From: Gnetum montanum
Lineage: Eukaryota; Plantae; Gnetophyta
NCBI GenBank assembly: GCA_015680685.1
Contig: MNCI01002485.1
Span: 398,125-462,124, forward strand
DNA length: 64,000 nt
Direction of reading: 5' to 3'
Part shown: positions 1 through 11,739 of the stretch, in pieces
Position numbering within the stretch: position 1 is the stretch's first letter
Layout of the letters: every line of letters begins with the position of its first letter
The notes under the pieces: model-generated
The model's input: the letters and a program-made list of their open reading frames with translations, nothing else
Database searches by the model: none
What the model was told of the DNA's origin: nothing
Program-made: the position numbers and the translations under genes

Positions 1-7
1 ACATCAT

Positions 8-25
8 TAGCACTATTATCTGGGA
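8..25 (+). promoter_or_regulatory. Decayed PBS, tRNA-Asp type (element A)
   Basis: TAGCACTATTATCTGGGA versus the Athila-type TGGCGCCGTTGCCGGGGA, differing mostly by C>T/G>A. It lies directly after ...CATCA, as in B and C. Confidence 0.7.
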
Positions 26-177
26 CTTTTATTATTTGAAATGTGAGCTATCTAGGATTTGTGAACATCATTAACATCATTGGACAAACCCTAAGGTCAA
101 CATCATTCTCACATGTAGTATAATTGCATAGGCACATTGATACTTTAATTATTTTGCAAAATGTCTTCTTCTCATAG

Positions 178-2850
178 GTGTGACAATGTTAAACCACCAA
201 TCCCACAAGAATCTAAGGTGGTATATACTCATCCAAATGAGTATGTTCCTGATTTCACCTTCATCCTACACAAAAATGAACAATTGCAATGACATGACAT
301 AGAAGGTAAGATTGTAATGCCTCCTAATTGATCTATGCTTGTGATGCTGCTTCAACCTCCTAATAAGCTACACATCCAATATTTTCAAGAGGAGTATGTT
401 GTGCATGATTATGATTACCAAAACTACCATTCCACTAAAACACAAAACCAAAGAGATTGACACCAAGAGAAGAAACATGAGTTTGTGAAGAAATAACAAT
501 TCACTAATCTATTGATCCTGCTAAACCAAGACAATAATAAGGATTCTTTCTTTGGAAGTTCTCAACATGAAAATTCCCTACCCCTCATTACTAGTGATGA
601 GGGTGTGGCCTTGAATCTATGTTCCACTATCAACAATGTAGGTTCAGGTAAAAATGGTAGTCAAGGCAGGGGCTTAGACAAACATTAAGATGATAAGAAA
701 CCTAACGAATGTGGTCGTGACCACCAAAGGAAAATTGGCAAACACCATCGTGGTGATAGTCCTTCTTGCTCTTCATCTTCTTCATCTACATCTTCTTCTT
801 CCTCTTCTTTTGGTTTTAAAAAACACCATAGGAGGACCAATCGTAATGGAGATTAGTAGCAAGACAATAATAATGATTGCCAGGACCACAATAATCGAAG
901 GGATAATCATGGACATCATCAAGGACAATGAAATAATTATGATGATAAGCCTCTATTAGCAACTCAAACTATTCTTAACATTGTAGATGCTTTTAAAATT
1001 CTAACTAGGCATGTGAGAGATAGTCGAATCAAGCACTTTGACATGAACAATATCCCAAAATTTGAAGGAAGATATAAATCTAATCCACAAAATCATCTAT
1101 AACCCTTTTATGATGCCTATGCCTTACAAAACATAGAAAATGACTAGTAGAAATTGAAGCTATTCTCGAGAACACTTATCAAAGAGGCAAAAATATGGTA
1201 TTGATTCTTGTAACTAGAATCCATTCACAAATGGAGTACCATGCTAGAACTATTTAATAACAAATACCAGATGTACTCTAGAGTGTCTAATCTGAGAAGG
1301 TAAATACAAGGCTAGAAACAAGGAACACATGAACCCTTGGATGCTACTAGGGGTAGATATTATTCTCTCTTACACTAATGCCCTGGCTATGGTTATTATC
1401 AAAGGGAACAACTCCACCACACCATAGATGGGCTCAAAGCATAAACCAAAAGAACACTTGGGGTTTATGCCCAAGTGAGACTATTCAAACTAAGAGCTCA
1501 TTAGATACAATGTCTAATAGAGTAGGTAGCAAAAGAAGAAGGTGAGTTGTGAAAGAGGGAAAGTGTAAAAAAATATAATAGAGACCATTCCATTAGAAAA
1601 AGGGAGGTCTAATTTTGTGAGAATGAGGAATCACCACTCAATGAGGTGGTGAATAAGAAAACCTTTCCCATCCAAAAATTTGTTTCTAATATTTCAACAA
1701 AGGTTGATAAACTATGGAACTCTTTGGATAAAAAATTTCAAGCTTCTATAAAGATTTCTGAAAAATCCAAAGAATAGAATAGTGATCACAATCACAGGAG
1801 GTGGAAAGAAGCTGAACATGCCTACCAAAGAGGTAAGGACACAGTTTTTGTCGTAGAAGAAGTTGTGGAGATAGACTCTGATGATGATGTTGGATGTGAC
1901 ATTTATCAATATGACCATCCTAAGGGATGTTTTCCTATGGTGTGAAACTTACAAGATTCTAGGATGTATGCGTTGAATCCTCAACTAGTAAGGAGGCAAG
2001 CACCTAGATGATTGCCTTATCCTCAAGGCAATCCAAGGCAATTCCACTAGCAACAACTAGTTTACTATCCAAGTGGATCTCCACCACAATTGTATGAGCA
2101 ATACTAGCAATGGCACCAATCATAGTCATGGGGAATACCACTGTCAAGATAGTAATACCGTTACAAGAAACTAGATCCATATGGGTACTATGTTTAGCAA
2201 CCTATTTCTCCACATGGCTCTACCAACCATGCCTCATTCCAACATCATTATTACCCCCTAGAGTACCATCGAACTCATTCACCATGTACTTGAGGAAAAC
2301 CCCCATATCCTTACAATCCTCCATATCCTTCTACACATATCCCTTCACCCTCAACCTAGTTACCTTCTACTCTATCCATGTAGGGAAAAATTCCCTCACA
2401 ACTATAGCAACAAAATGCTATGAGGGCTATAAAATTACAACTGGCCTTCCATCCAAGTCGTTCAGATAATCGATCTAAGAAACAACCATTTTTCTAATCC
2501 AAAAGTCCTCCCAAACCTTCACAATCTAATGTATCTAGTCACCTTGTATTTCTAGCACCCTCATCCTTTGCATTAAGCACATTAGAGAGACCTTCGAACC
2601 AAATGCTACCTCAGATCCACATTGTGATGTTAACTCATGTTGTCTTTGATTAGATCAAGGTTAGCAACCTTTCCATCATGTGATCTGATCCAGTAAGTCT
2701 TGTTATTTAATTACGGATCACCTTTCCATCAAGCGATCTGACCCAATAAGTCTTGTTATTTAATTACAGATCATGGGACATGAGCCATGCAAGGCTCTTC
2801 TTGATTTTGACCCTAGTGTCAATCAAGAAGGTTTGGAACCTACCACCTCA
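178..2850 (+). pseudogene. gag: Degenerate gag (with N-terminal extension) and partial aspartic protease of element A
   Basis: Gag core around 1050-1500 (IPKFEG...PQNHL...KLKLFSRTL.KEAK.WY...LLH.CPGYGY), with many TAG/TGA stops. Confidence 0.8.
2667..2772 (+). repeat. Local tandem duplication, 2 x 53 bp, at the gag/protease boundary
   Basis: ACCTTTCCATCA..GATCTGA.CCA.TAAGTCTTGTTATTTAATTAC.GATC occurs twice in tandem. It is single-copy in B and C. Confidence 0.85.
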
Positions 2851-3584
2851 TGGAGTGGCAAGAGTTGGAGTGATTTTTGATGCTAATGATATCCACGAAG
2901 TGCCAAAAGTCATAGTGAGTTGTACCATTGTTGATGCTTGTAGAGCACCAAGAGTGGCAATGATCCAAGGTGCCAGTGGTGTTCATGGAGTGCTAGAAGC
3001 AGCAATGATCGGTAGCATCATCGGTGTCCATGGAGAACTAGAAGACTGTAAAGGACATGACATAGGGTAGACATGATGGAACATGTGAGAGGGCAACATA
3101 GAGTTGTAGATGATAGTGCAAAAGGGCACATGGAGTAGTGATCAACAGTGAAGGGACAATGGAAGTAGATGAGCAACGATGATAGCAAGGTGTGAGGATG
3201 GTTACAAGTGTAGCAATGGTTGCAAGCATAGTGGAAATAGAGGTGGCACATCTAGTAATGACCAATGGAGAGGAGGTAGCAGGGTAGAGCATTGTGATGT
3301 GCAATGCCTATGGTAGGGCCACACAAAGTGGTAAAGGGTTTTCTACCATTGGCTATTTACTGGTCATGATGTTGCACAGTCAGGCCTGTTGGCCTATGCC
3401 ATGTGATAGTGTGACAAAGCTTACTACAATTGACAACAAGGGCTAATCGTGGCCCTAACTAAAAGGGCCAAAATTATTTTTTTTTTATTTTTTTATTGTT
3501 ATTACTTTTTTATTTTTTAAAAATAATTTTTGAATTAGGAGTGGGGGGTTGGGATTTAAACCCACAACTTCTACAACATTTTAT

Positions 3585-3615
<31 letters not shown>

Positions 3616-4997
3616 ATTATTTTTATTTATTTATTTATTAAAAAATAAATTATAGGAACTAGGGTCAAACCCACAACCTTTAGCTCTCACCTCCTCTTAT
3701 TTTATTATATATTTATTTATTTTATAATTATAATAATAAATTAATAAATTAATATTATTTTAATGCATGTATAATAAAAAACTTTAAACATCAAAATCTC
3801 TCAAACCGTAAGTCTAATCAAGATGAAATTTGTACTGTTGGAGTATTATGCATTAGACATAGTCTTAGGATTCAAAAATGAAGTTGAATCTTCAATATTT
3901 TGAAAGATCCAAACTAACTTATTCTATCAAATCAACATTACTAAGTTGATATATGGAAGACATGATAAGTTATAGATGACGCTAAGTTTCTTAGGATAAT
4001 GAGTTTCACAAAACAAGATCAATTTCAAGTTAAGGTTACTAACTTTTTCGAAGAGACTTAACAATGACCTTAATCGATTAATGTTTATAGTATTAAGATG
4101 AGTAAGACTTACTTGGACTAGTGTATCCTTGCCTTACCAACATCTCCTGCAATTGATGAATCTTGATGAGGTGTAATTAGATATTTGGTCATGGATGTCT
4201 CTTAAAGAGTTTTGTTGGTTGGTAAGCTTTACGTCTTTTATAGATGTTTGATGCATTGTTCATGAAATCAATGGAATGGTATCTTCTGGTTTGCATCTAG
4301 TCCATCTAAATATTATCAATGACTTTCCCTATGTCATGGCTTCATGGTTCATCGTCATATTCATGTTGTAGTCAGTCCATGGTTCTGAATAGCCCTTGGG
4401 TTGTAGTTTACTCCAATACCAATTATGACATCCCATTCTAGGATTTCATAGAAAACATCAAATATACATTATATTAAACATTATGTGGAAGAAGACAATA
4501 TACCAAACATCAAATATATTTAACATTTGACATTATGCATAAAGAAAATAATAGAGAAAGTACAAAAAGAGAAAGAAAAGAATGATTTATTGATAAGGAA
4601 TGGAGTCTTGGGTTCATGCTCTAAGAGTGTTCCTTGGGATTTTCTTCCTTTAGCATCTATCCCTTAGAGGAAATCTAGCACTGCCACCATGGTTAGGCCT
4701 ATTGCCAACCAAAAGGGATGGCCAATTCACTTCCTATTCCACTTTACCCAACTCCTGTGTCTTGCCTGTACCAGCTCCACCACTCCATGTTGGGACAACC
4801 TCTAAGCTCGAATATAAATGCCTCAATTCAAACCCCCAAATGTTACCTTAAGATACATGCCTATTATTACAATGCATCCTTTTGGGTCTTAATTACAACT
4901 ACCTTTTTGAGTCTTGTTATGATAACAATAATCACTTATTATGAAGAGACACCATCTTCTTTAAGTAGCAACATCATTTTGAAATGGGGATGTCACA
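2851..4997 (-). mobile_element. Truncated LTR element H (5' LTR 4424-4997, iMet PBS 4410-4421, non-coding leader), related to family F
   Basis: LTR termini are TATGACATCCC...GGGATGTCACA. It contains the reverse complement of the F-LTR motif TAACCATGGTGGCAGTGCCAGATTGCCTCTAAGG (~4665-4696). The PBS reads TGGTATTGGAGT on the minus strand. Confidence 0.7.
3586..3614. repeat. (TA)n(TG)n microsatellite
   Basis: tatatatatatatatgtgtgtgtgtgtgtgt read directly. Confidence 0.9.
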
Positions 4998-7977
4998 TAC
5001 ATGTCAAAAATAATTTAGAATTTTTAAATTAAATACTAATACAGAATTTATCAAGCAAGAAGATAGAAACTTACCTTGATTTACCTTGCTTACAATTGAG
5101 AATTAATATGCCTAGAGTGCTAGAGAATGAGATTCCTCTTTTGAGGTTCTCTTTTTGTATAAACTTCTTAAATTTTCAAGGCTTGGATCCCTTTCACAAA
5201 TTTTGTGGATAGTGTCTTTGCATTCTCAAGTTCCTTCCTCTTGATTCTTCAAACTTTTTGAACTCCTTCATTCTTTTCAATTGTCCAATCTTTCTTGAAT
5301 CCTCTTTGATTTTTTTGCCTATCCATTTTACCCTCCAAAAAAAATTCTTTCTAAGCACATTCAAATAAGACCAAAGAGTCCAATGATGTGACCAAGTGCT
5401 CATGTGATAATATTTTAAATTACACTCCCATTTCTTATGCCCAAATTTATGACAATAATAACATCTCACTTTCATATAGTAGTTAATGTGATCAAATCTT
5501 GGAGCTATTCTTGGTTAAGATGTGGCTCCCATTAATTCTTCGTTCTTTGGTATAGCTTTTTATTGAGATGGATTTGGTGTAGATTCTTCTTCATATGTAC
5601 AAAATCCAAGCCCACTCTTATCATGTTGAATTCATTCTTGTCCTAAAACCATTCAAAGGAACTCCTTTCCTTTGACCAACCTCTCATTTACAAGTTTGAC
5701 ATCTACTAGTTCTTCCTTAACCTACTAATTAAACTTGGTGAAATTTTCATTCTTAGCCCTAAGGTCTAAGATTTCTTTTATGAGGTCTAATATCTTTAAA
5801 TTTAATTAAGATATGTCTTGATCCTTGCCTTTGTATTGTTTGTTCATCTATGTGCAAAGACTCTAACACCAATTTGCAAATTCATCATCTAAGGAGCTAG
5901 CATCATCATCTATGAGAGCCGTATAGATGAAATGCAAATTCTTCACATCATCCTTCTACTCTTCATCATCCCAACTAGTGTAGAAGTTTGTCTTTTTCAT
6001 CACTTCAACACTTCTTCCCTTTCACCTTAACCTACCACTACTAGGACATTCGAAGGACATATGGCTTCTTCTTCTACATACCCAACATTCTATGGAAGAA
6101 AGATCAAAATTAGCATTTGAAATATTATTACCTATTTCTCTATCTTTTAATTTATTGGATCAATTTTCTTTTGTGAAATTTTTTATACATTCATCTTTTG
6201 ACTTTTGATTTTTGGGTTTCTCTAAAGAGTTCTTACTCATTTGCTCAAACAAATTGGTTAGTCTTTGAATCTCAACCTTAAGGTCCGAGGTTTCTTTCTT
6301 ATGAAAAAAACATTCATCATTAAGAATTGTAATTTTAATTTCCTTAACATGTAAATCATCTTTTATTTCAGTACATATGTTTTGAAAAGAAATAAGTTCA
6401 TTGTAAAATGCTCCATATCTTTCTTCGAATGAAATATCATTATTTAAACTTTCATGATTATTTTGATGGTCATAATCTCCTCTATTTATGAATGAAAAGA
6501 GGGGAATGAGATACTTACCATTATAGTAGATGTTATATAGAAATTAAGAACAATAATTGATCAAGAAAATTAGTCTCTTTATCTAGATGTATCTAATGTT
6601 GATAACCCCTTCCATGTTTACTTTTGGGAGATTAATGTAGAGCACAAGAGTATGAGGCTTCAATACCACTTGAGGATCATAGAACTTAAAAAGAGAGGAT
6701 GAGTAAATTTCTCAAATCAAAATTACTTCAACAAAAAGCACACACCAATTTTAACATGGTTTCTAAACTTGGTTAGTCCACACTCGGATGGTAGATCACT
6801 TGCACACCTCTAGAATTTCTTTCTCTAAAATGTAGTTTGAAGGGCATCATACCCTATACAAGCTTTAAGCTCTACTCCAAAGTGTTTTATTGCAATGAAA
6901 CCACTCAACCTCACAAGTTGTTGATAAGCTTAGAATGTAGCTCCCAAGATCCTACAACCATTACAACTTGAGCTCCACTCCAAGGTGTTGTGGCACTACA
7001 CCAACACTTAATCCTAGTATGATCCTGATAAGTTCAAGGATGATGCCTTCTCTTGCAAGAAGCAGCTCAACCCCAGCAAGACAATAGGAAAGAGAAAAAT
7101 AAATTATAAGGGAAGGATGAAACTAATTTTTTGGTCCTTGTACTTTGAAGCATAGTATAATATAATCACTACTACAATACAAATGATGTTACAATGAAGT
7201 ACATGAGTACAATAGATTAGACAATGAAGGCTTGATGTAGATTATTCACATTCACATATATTCACTTCTTCTATTCCCTAGAATTGATGTCTTCTTATAA
7301 CATTGGAGTTTCCAAGAATGCCTCAAAATATGTGCAATGGTACTTAATAGGTAGTGTAGATGTATTCTTCAAAATTATGATGTCTAACTGAGATCAACCT
7401 CAAATCTAGGAAGACATCTTCTATTTTTGGTAGAAATCTTCAAGGGAGATGTCTACTTGTACACATCTATACTGTAGGACCCAAAAATGAAACTACTCAT
7501 TTTGATGCTGGGAGCATTTGAATGCCTCCAAATAAGTTTCCATAGGCCCTATGACCTCCTACACTCATCAAAATGAGCCAAAAACATTCAAAATATGCCA
7601 AAACATCCAAGAATAATCCTTAACAAAAATCAACATAATTAGATACATTTAGCTTCCTCTTAATCTTTCACTTGCTCCCAATTTGCTTATGAAGTCCTTG
7701 TCCAAGCTCTTTTGAGTCCTTATACTCTTCACTTTGTCATTTCACTGTAGCTCTCATTCCTTGAGTCCTCATTCATGTCCATCAAGTCCTTGTTATCTTC
7801 ACTTTGAGATCGCTTTGTAGATGTCATCTCAGGAGCTCACCTTCATGTTCTACAACCACATCACATTCCACAAAACAATCCATGTTCTCCATTTTCCTTA
7901 AGATTTTGACATACCAAAAGGTCAACAAGCCTAATTCAATTATTAAGCTATTTATTTTAAATAAAGCATCTCCAACA
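4998..7977 (-). mobile_element. Ty1/Copia (SIRE-like) fragment: 5' LTR 6671-7977, iMet PBS ~6656-6668, degenerate gag with two CCHC knuckles
   Basis: The LTR starts TGTTGGAG on the minus strand (7977). The PBS is TGGTATTGAAGCC. Zinc knuckles are IECWVCRRRSHMSFEC (~6045-6095) and VRCYYCHKFGHKKWEC (ORF 5194-5475), and a KSGLGF motif lies at ~5605-5620. No pol is seen. Confidence 0.7.
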
Positions 7978-7989
7978 CTAGAAGAAGCT

Positions 7990-8700
7990 TGTTCAAATTC
8001 TATCTTATTTTAAGTGGTTTTGTCCATGATACTTGTAATAACCATCATCATTAACTCAAGGAAGCTTTGCTTTTACTAGGGTAGTTGCTCCCTTTTATTT
8101 GTATCTAGTTCATATATTTCATGAATCCTTCCTTTTATCTATGTGAACATGGCTTGCTTCTCTCTCATCTTTGTAATTTCTTCTTCTTTTTCTTTTATCG
8201 ATTCCTTGTGATACTTCATCTCAATAATTAATTCCTTAAAGCTTGAAAGGGCAAGATGAGAGTAGTATAGAGACTTGCCTTTTCTAGCTTGTTCTAGCTT
8301 GGAGCTTATTGTAGCTACTCCTTCCTTTTAACTAGGCCATTACTTGCTCCTTATTTTCTATTAGTGATTCTTTGATAGTTATCATTTCTTTGAGATTTTC
8401 ATTCTCCTTTGTTAGGCTCTTTATTTCTCCTTGTAGCTTATACCTTTCCTACTCATTTTGTATTAAACAATATTGTAACTTAGCTATCTAACTATCAGCT
8501 ATTTATCACATGTCTTTAATTAAGGTAGCTATGGTATTTGACATTTCTCCATGTGACATTGTAAGCTTTTATTTTCCTATTTGTGAGTCATCCTCCTTGT
8601 ACTAGAAGCTGACACTAGCTTCTATCTCTAGAATAGTAGGGAGCTTCTAGCTCAGTATAATCCTACCTTCTTTCTCCTTGATTTTAAATCATCAAGCTAC
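7990..8700 (-). pseudogene. Highly decayed coiled-coil-like coding remnant, probably TE-derived
   Basis: The minus strand reads as E/K/Q/L-rich heptad-like peptides (e.g. SLTKENENLKK) broken by stops. No family recognised. Confidence 0.3.
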
Positions 8701-8753
8701 TCTCTCTATCAAATAGATAGAGGGGAAAGTAAGGGATAAGGATAAGGTTTCTC

Positions 8754-11711
8754 TATAGCATCCCTATTAATTATCTATAGAATATCCTATAANGCATGAA
8801 TTTTCCATCTATGTCGTTCAGATTGTGAGGTCACAAGAAACATTTCTCATTTTTGTGCATGCTATACGTTTGGGAAAATTTAATAATTTCTATTATATAT
8901 TAATAATTTATTTACTTATTATCTTTAATTTTATTAATTAATTGGTAAAATTAAAACTTAAATATCTTTATGTCTAGATGTCCAATCAAGATGAAAAAAG
9001 TATCATTGGAATCATTATTTTGTGTACTATTTTATATTGCAATTTGTGAAATTTTTAGACATCTATATTTTTGGGGCTATGTAAAATTTTCCTTGTATTA
9101 AATAAATTATATTGAATTAAGTATGAAAGTAAACTAAAATTTTGATATGTTGTATTACTCTATTGTTTTTATGATTCTAATTAATAATTTTTATCTATTT
9201 TACCACTTCCTTTGAGTTAGTAGTTTAAGGTTAAATCTAGATCCTTGGAGATTCATATCATCTCTATTAGTTATTTATAGGATATTCTATAGATAATTAA
9301 TAGGGATGCTATAGAGAAACCTTATCCTTATCCCTTACTTTCCCNGCCTCTTCATGGAGCATAAAGGTTCTAGGACAAAAGTCTTAGGTTATGGGCTATG
9401 TAAAGGTTTCCAATTAAAAAATGCAAAAATGTTGCAAGGTCCAAAATTGCCACAATTTTTCATAAAATCTAAATAAAATCCAAAGATCCAAAAAATATGC
9501 ATATTCTAATTATTTAATTCTTTAGTGTCCAAAGACATCATAAATTGTCCAATCAAATCAAAAAAGTGTATTTTAATTAGGCATCTCCAAAGGCTAGGTT
9601 TTGGTTATCCTCACTACAAAAGAACTCACTAATAGCTCTTGGAATAATCTCTCTACTATCATTAGATTAGCCTTGTAAACACAAACAAGTTTCTCATGGT
9701 CAGGCCTTGGCCATAGCCTCACTACTAACATCTTCAACTATCAAGGCACATTTATCATTGGATGGATAGGTCTTAACTATGCTTCGCTATACACCACTAG
9801 ACTTAATTACTTAGTGTCATGATCTTGGCTAAATCTATAGCCTCACATGAACTTACAAATCAAAATCAAGGGTATGAAATCCATCTAACAACCCTTGTTT
9901 CTATGGGATGGGTCTCACTAAAGAACACACCACTACTACATGTAGATGAGGGCATCTAAAAGACTCACAGCTTCTACTACCAACTAAGAAAAATTGATAC
10001 CACAAATATTATTATTTTATTCCAAAAGTTCAAAAGGTTTCCAAAATGACCAAAAATCCATAAAAACTTAGATTCCATAAAATTCTTGCAAAATTAAGTT
10101 TATGTCATAAGTAAATCTCAAATATTCATAAAACATCTAGGGACAAGTTGGTCATAAATTTTGTAATTTCCAAAACTTACCAAAAGACCAAAAAAGATAT
10201 GAACAGGATAAAAATATTATTTTTTAAAAAATCCCCTAATTTACAAAAATCTAGTAGCATATTGGTATATTAATTAAAATAATAGAAAAGTAGGAAGAAG
10301 CAGAGAGGAAAATAAAATAAACTTCCTTATGTTGTTAGGATTCCAAAATTTTCTTATGCCTTCCTATCCACCCTAATGCTTTCAATTGGTTTTTTCTTTG
10401 CTTATTTTGTTGCACCCAAAATGCTTCATTAAACTATGACAAGGTGTATCTAGGGCCGCTACCTATTTATAGGAGGAAAAACAAAAGTAGTTGGGCCCAA
10501 ATCAACTTCAAAATGAAAAAGAAATGATAAAAAATGTCTTTAAGAAAAACCACAATAGAATATTAATTTGCAAAAATGGCAGTTGCAAATAGAATATGGA
10601 AACTCAGAAAGAAAATCAATGACTAAGAGGCAATAAGAGAAAACACGGTAAAATTGAAGGTGGTGCTTAAAAAGGTAATATGCATATTATATATGCTATA
10701 TGTACCTACTTTGAAATGGTGGCATTGACCTTAAATGAAGTTGGATTTTAATTTTAATTTTATTTTATTTTATTTATTTCTTAAATCATTTTTAAAATTT
10801 TATTTTCTAAATTTTTCTCTTCACCAATGCTTTCACACTCAAACACTCATAACACACACACACCGATATTTCAAATTAAATTTTGTTTAAGCTGATAGGA
10901 TCCTCATCAAGTGCCCTTCGGAATCTTGCACTAAAATCTCATCTAAGAAATACTTTTCATGATCACCTAGTTCAAATGTAAAAACTTTTATGGTATCTAA
11001 GCAAAGTAGAAAATGTGATATCTCAAGAAGAGTAACCTTGATTTTAGTGAACCAAGAGTTAAAATCTATGTTTTTGAACATCTCAAACACATTGGTAAGG
11101 TCAAATTTTAGGTAGCATATTATCCTAAGGTACTTTCTTAACAAATATAATTTATGCAATATTTAATTATAATTAAAAAATTAACTTCGAATCCTAGTTT
11201 AATAATAAAAGGTAACAAGGAATATGGTCTAGGTAGGGTCAAAGTACATAATTGCTCCATGAACAAAGTATTATATAGGCACATATGCATAAAAATTATA
11301 ATAAAATAAAAAGATGCATGACTAGATGTACATAATAATGCATAAATATGCATAAAGAAGTAAATATGCATATTTAAATACTTGTACAAACGTGATGATT
11401 GATAAAAGAAAAAATTTCTAGGGTAATTTGTTTTCAATATTTAATCATAAATTATATAGTATACCTATTACTAAACTCCAACAATATTAATATAAAGGAT
11501 ACAAAACTTTAACAAAACATCCTAGGAAGCGAATTACATTTACTGATGTAGGAAACTAACAACAACAATAACCATAATGGTAGCAATTTAATCCTATGAT
11601 TTAACCAAGATTATTAGAGCTAATTCCTTGAAATGAATCTAACAGTATTAAAGGATTAATCATATGTGTTAAATTAAATAAATTCATCTTGAAAATTCTT
11701 AGGCAGTGATA
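8754..11711 (-). repeat. 3' LTR of G (~3 kb; contains a flipped contig 8794-9344 between two N)
   Basis: Starts TATCAC (decayed TGTCAC) after the PPT AAAGAGGGGAGGA and ends GGGATGCTATA. 9346-10630 matches 49810-50845 plus 60697-60987. A TATA box (CCTATAAATA, minus strand) lies at ~10464-10473. Confidence 0.75.
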
Positions 11712-11739
11712 TCCTCCCCTCTTTCAAGCTTTTTTCTCC

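Larger units (their letters stand above)
1..2850 (+). mobile_element. Athila-like Ty3/Gypsy element A, 5' part only (LTR end 1-6, PBS, gag, start of protease); truncated
   Basis: Begins ACATCA followed by a PBS. The sequence is colinear with the internal regions of elements B (31030-33900) and C (51651-54520). Homology ends just inside the protease (EPCKALLDF...WNLPP, ~2780-2850). Confidence 0.85.

Noticed and set aside
690-959. Short hydrophobic ORFs (690-959, 31560-31835, 52407-52622, 53290-53889)
   Set aside because: They are out-of-frame readings of low-complexity gag sequence (poly-Ser read as poly-Leu).
8723-9344. MITE or miRNA-like hairpin with 70-bp terminal inverted repeats
   Set aside because: Both arms abut scaffold Ns, and the interior is an inverted piece of the G LTR. 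Best explained as an assembly artefact.
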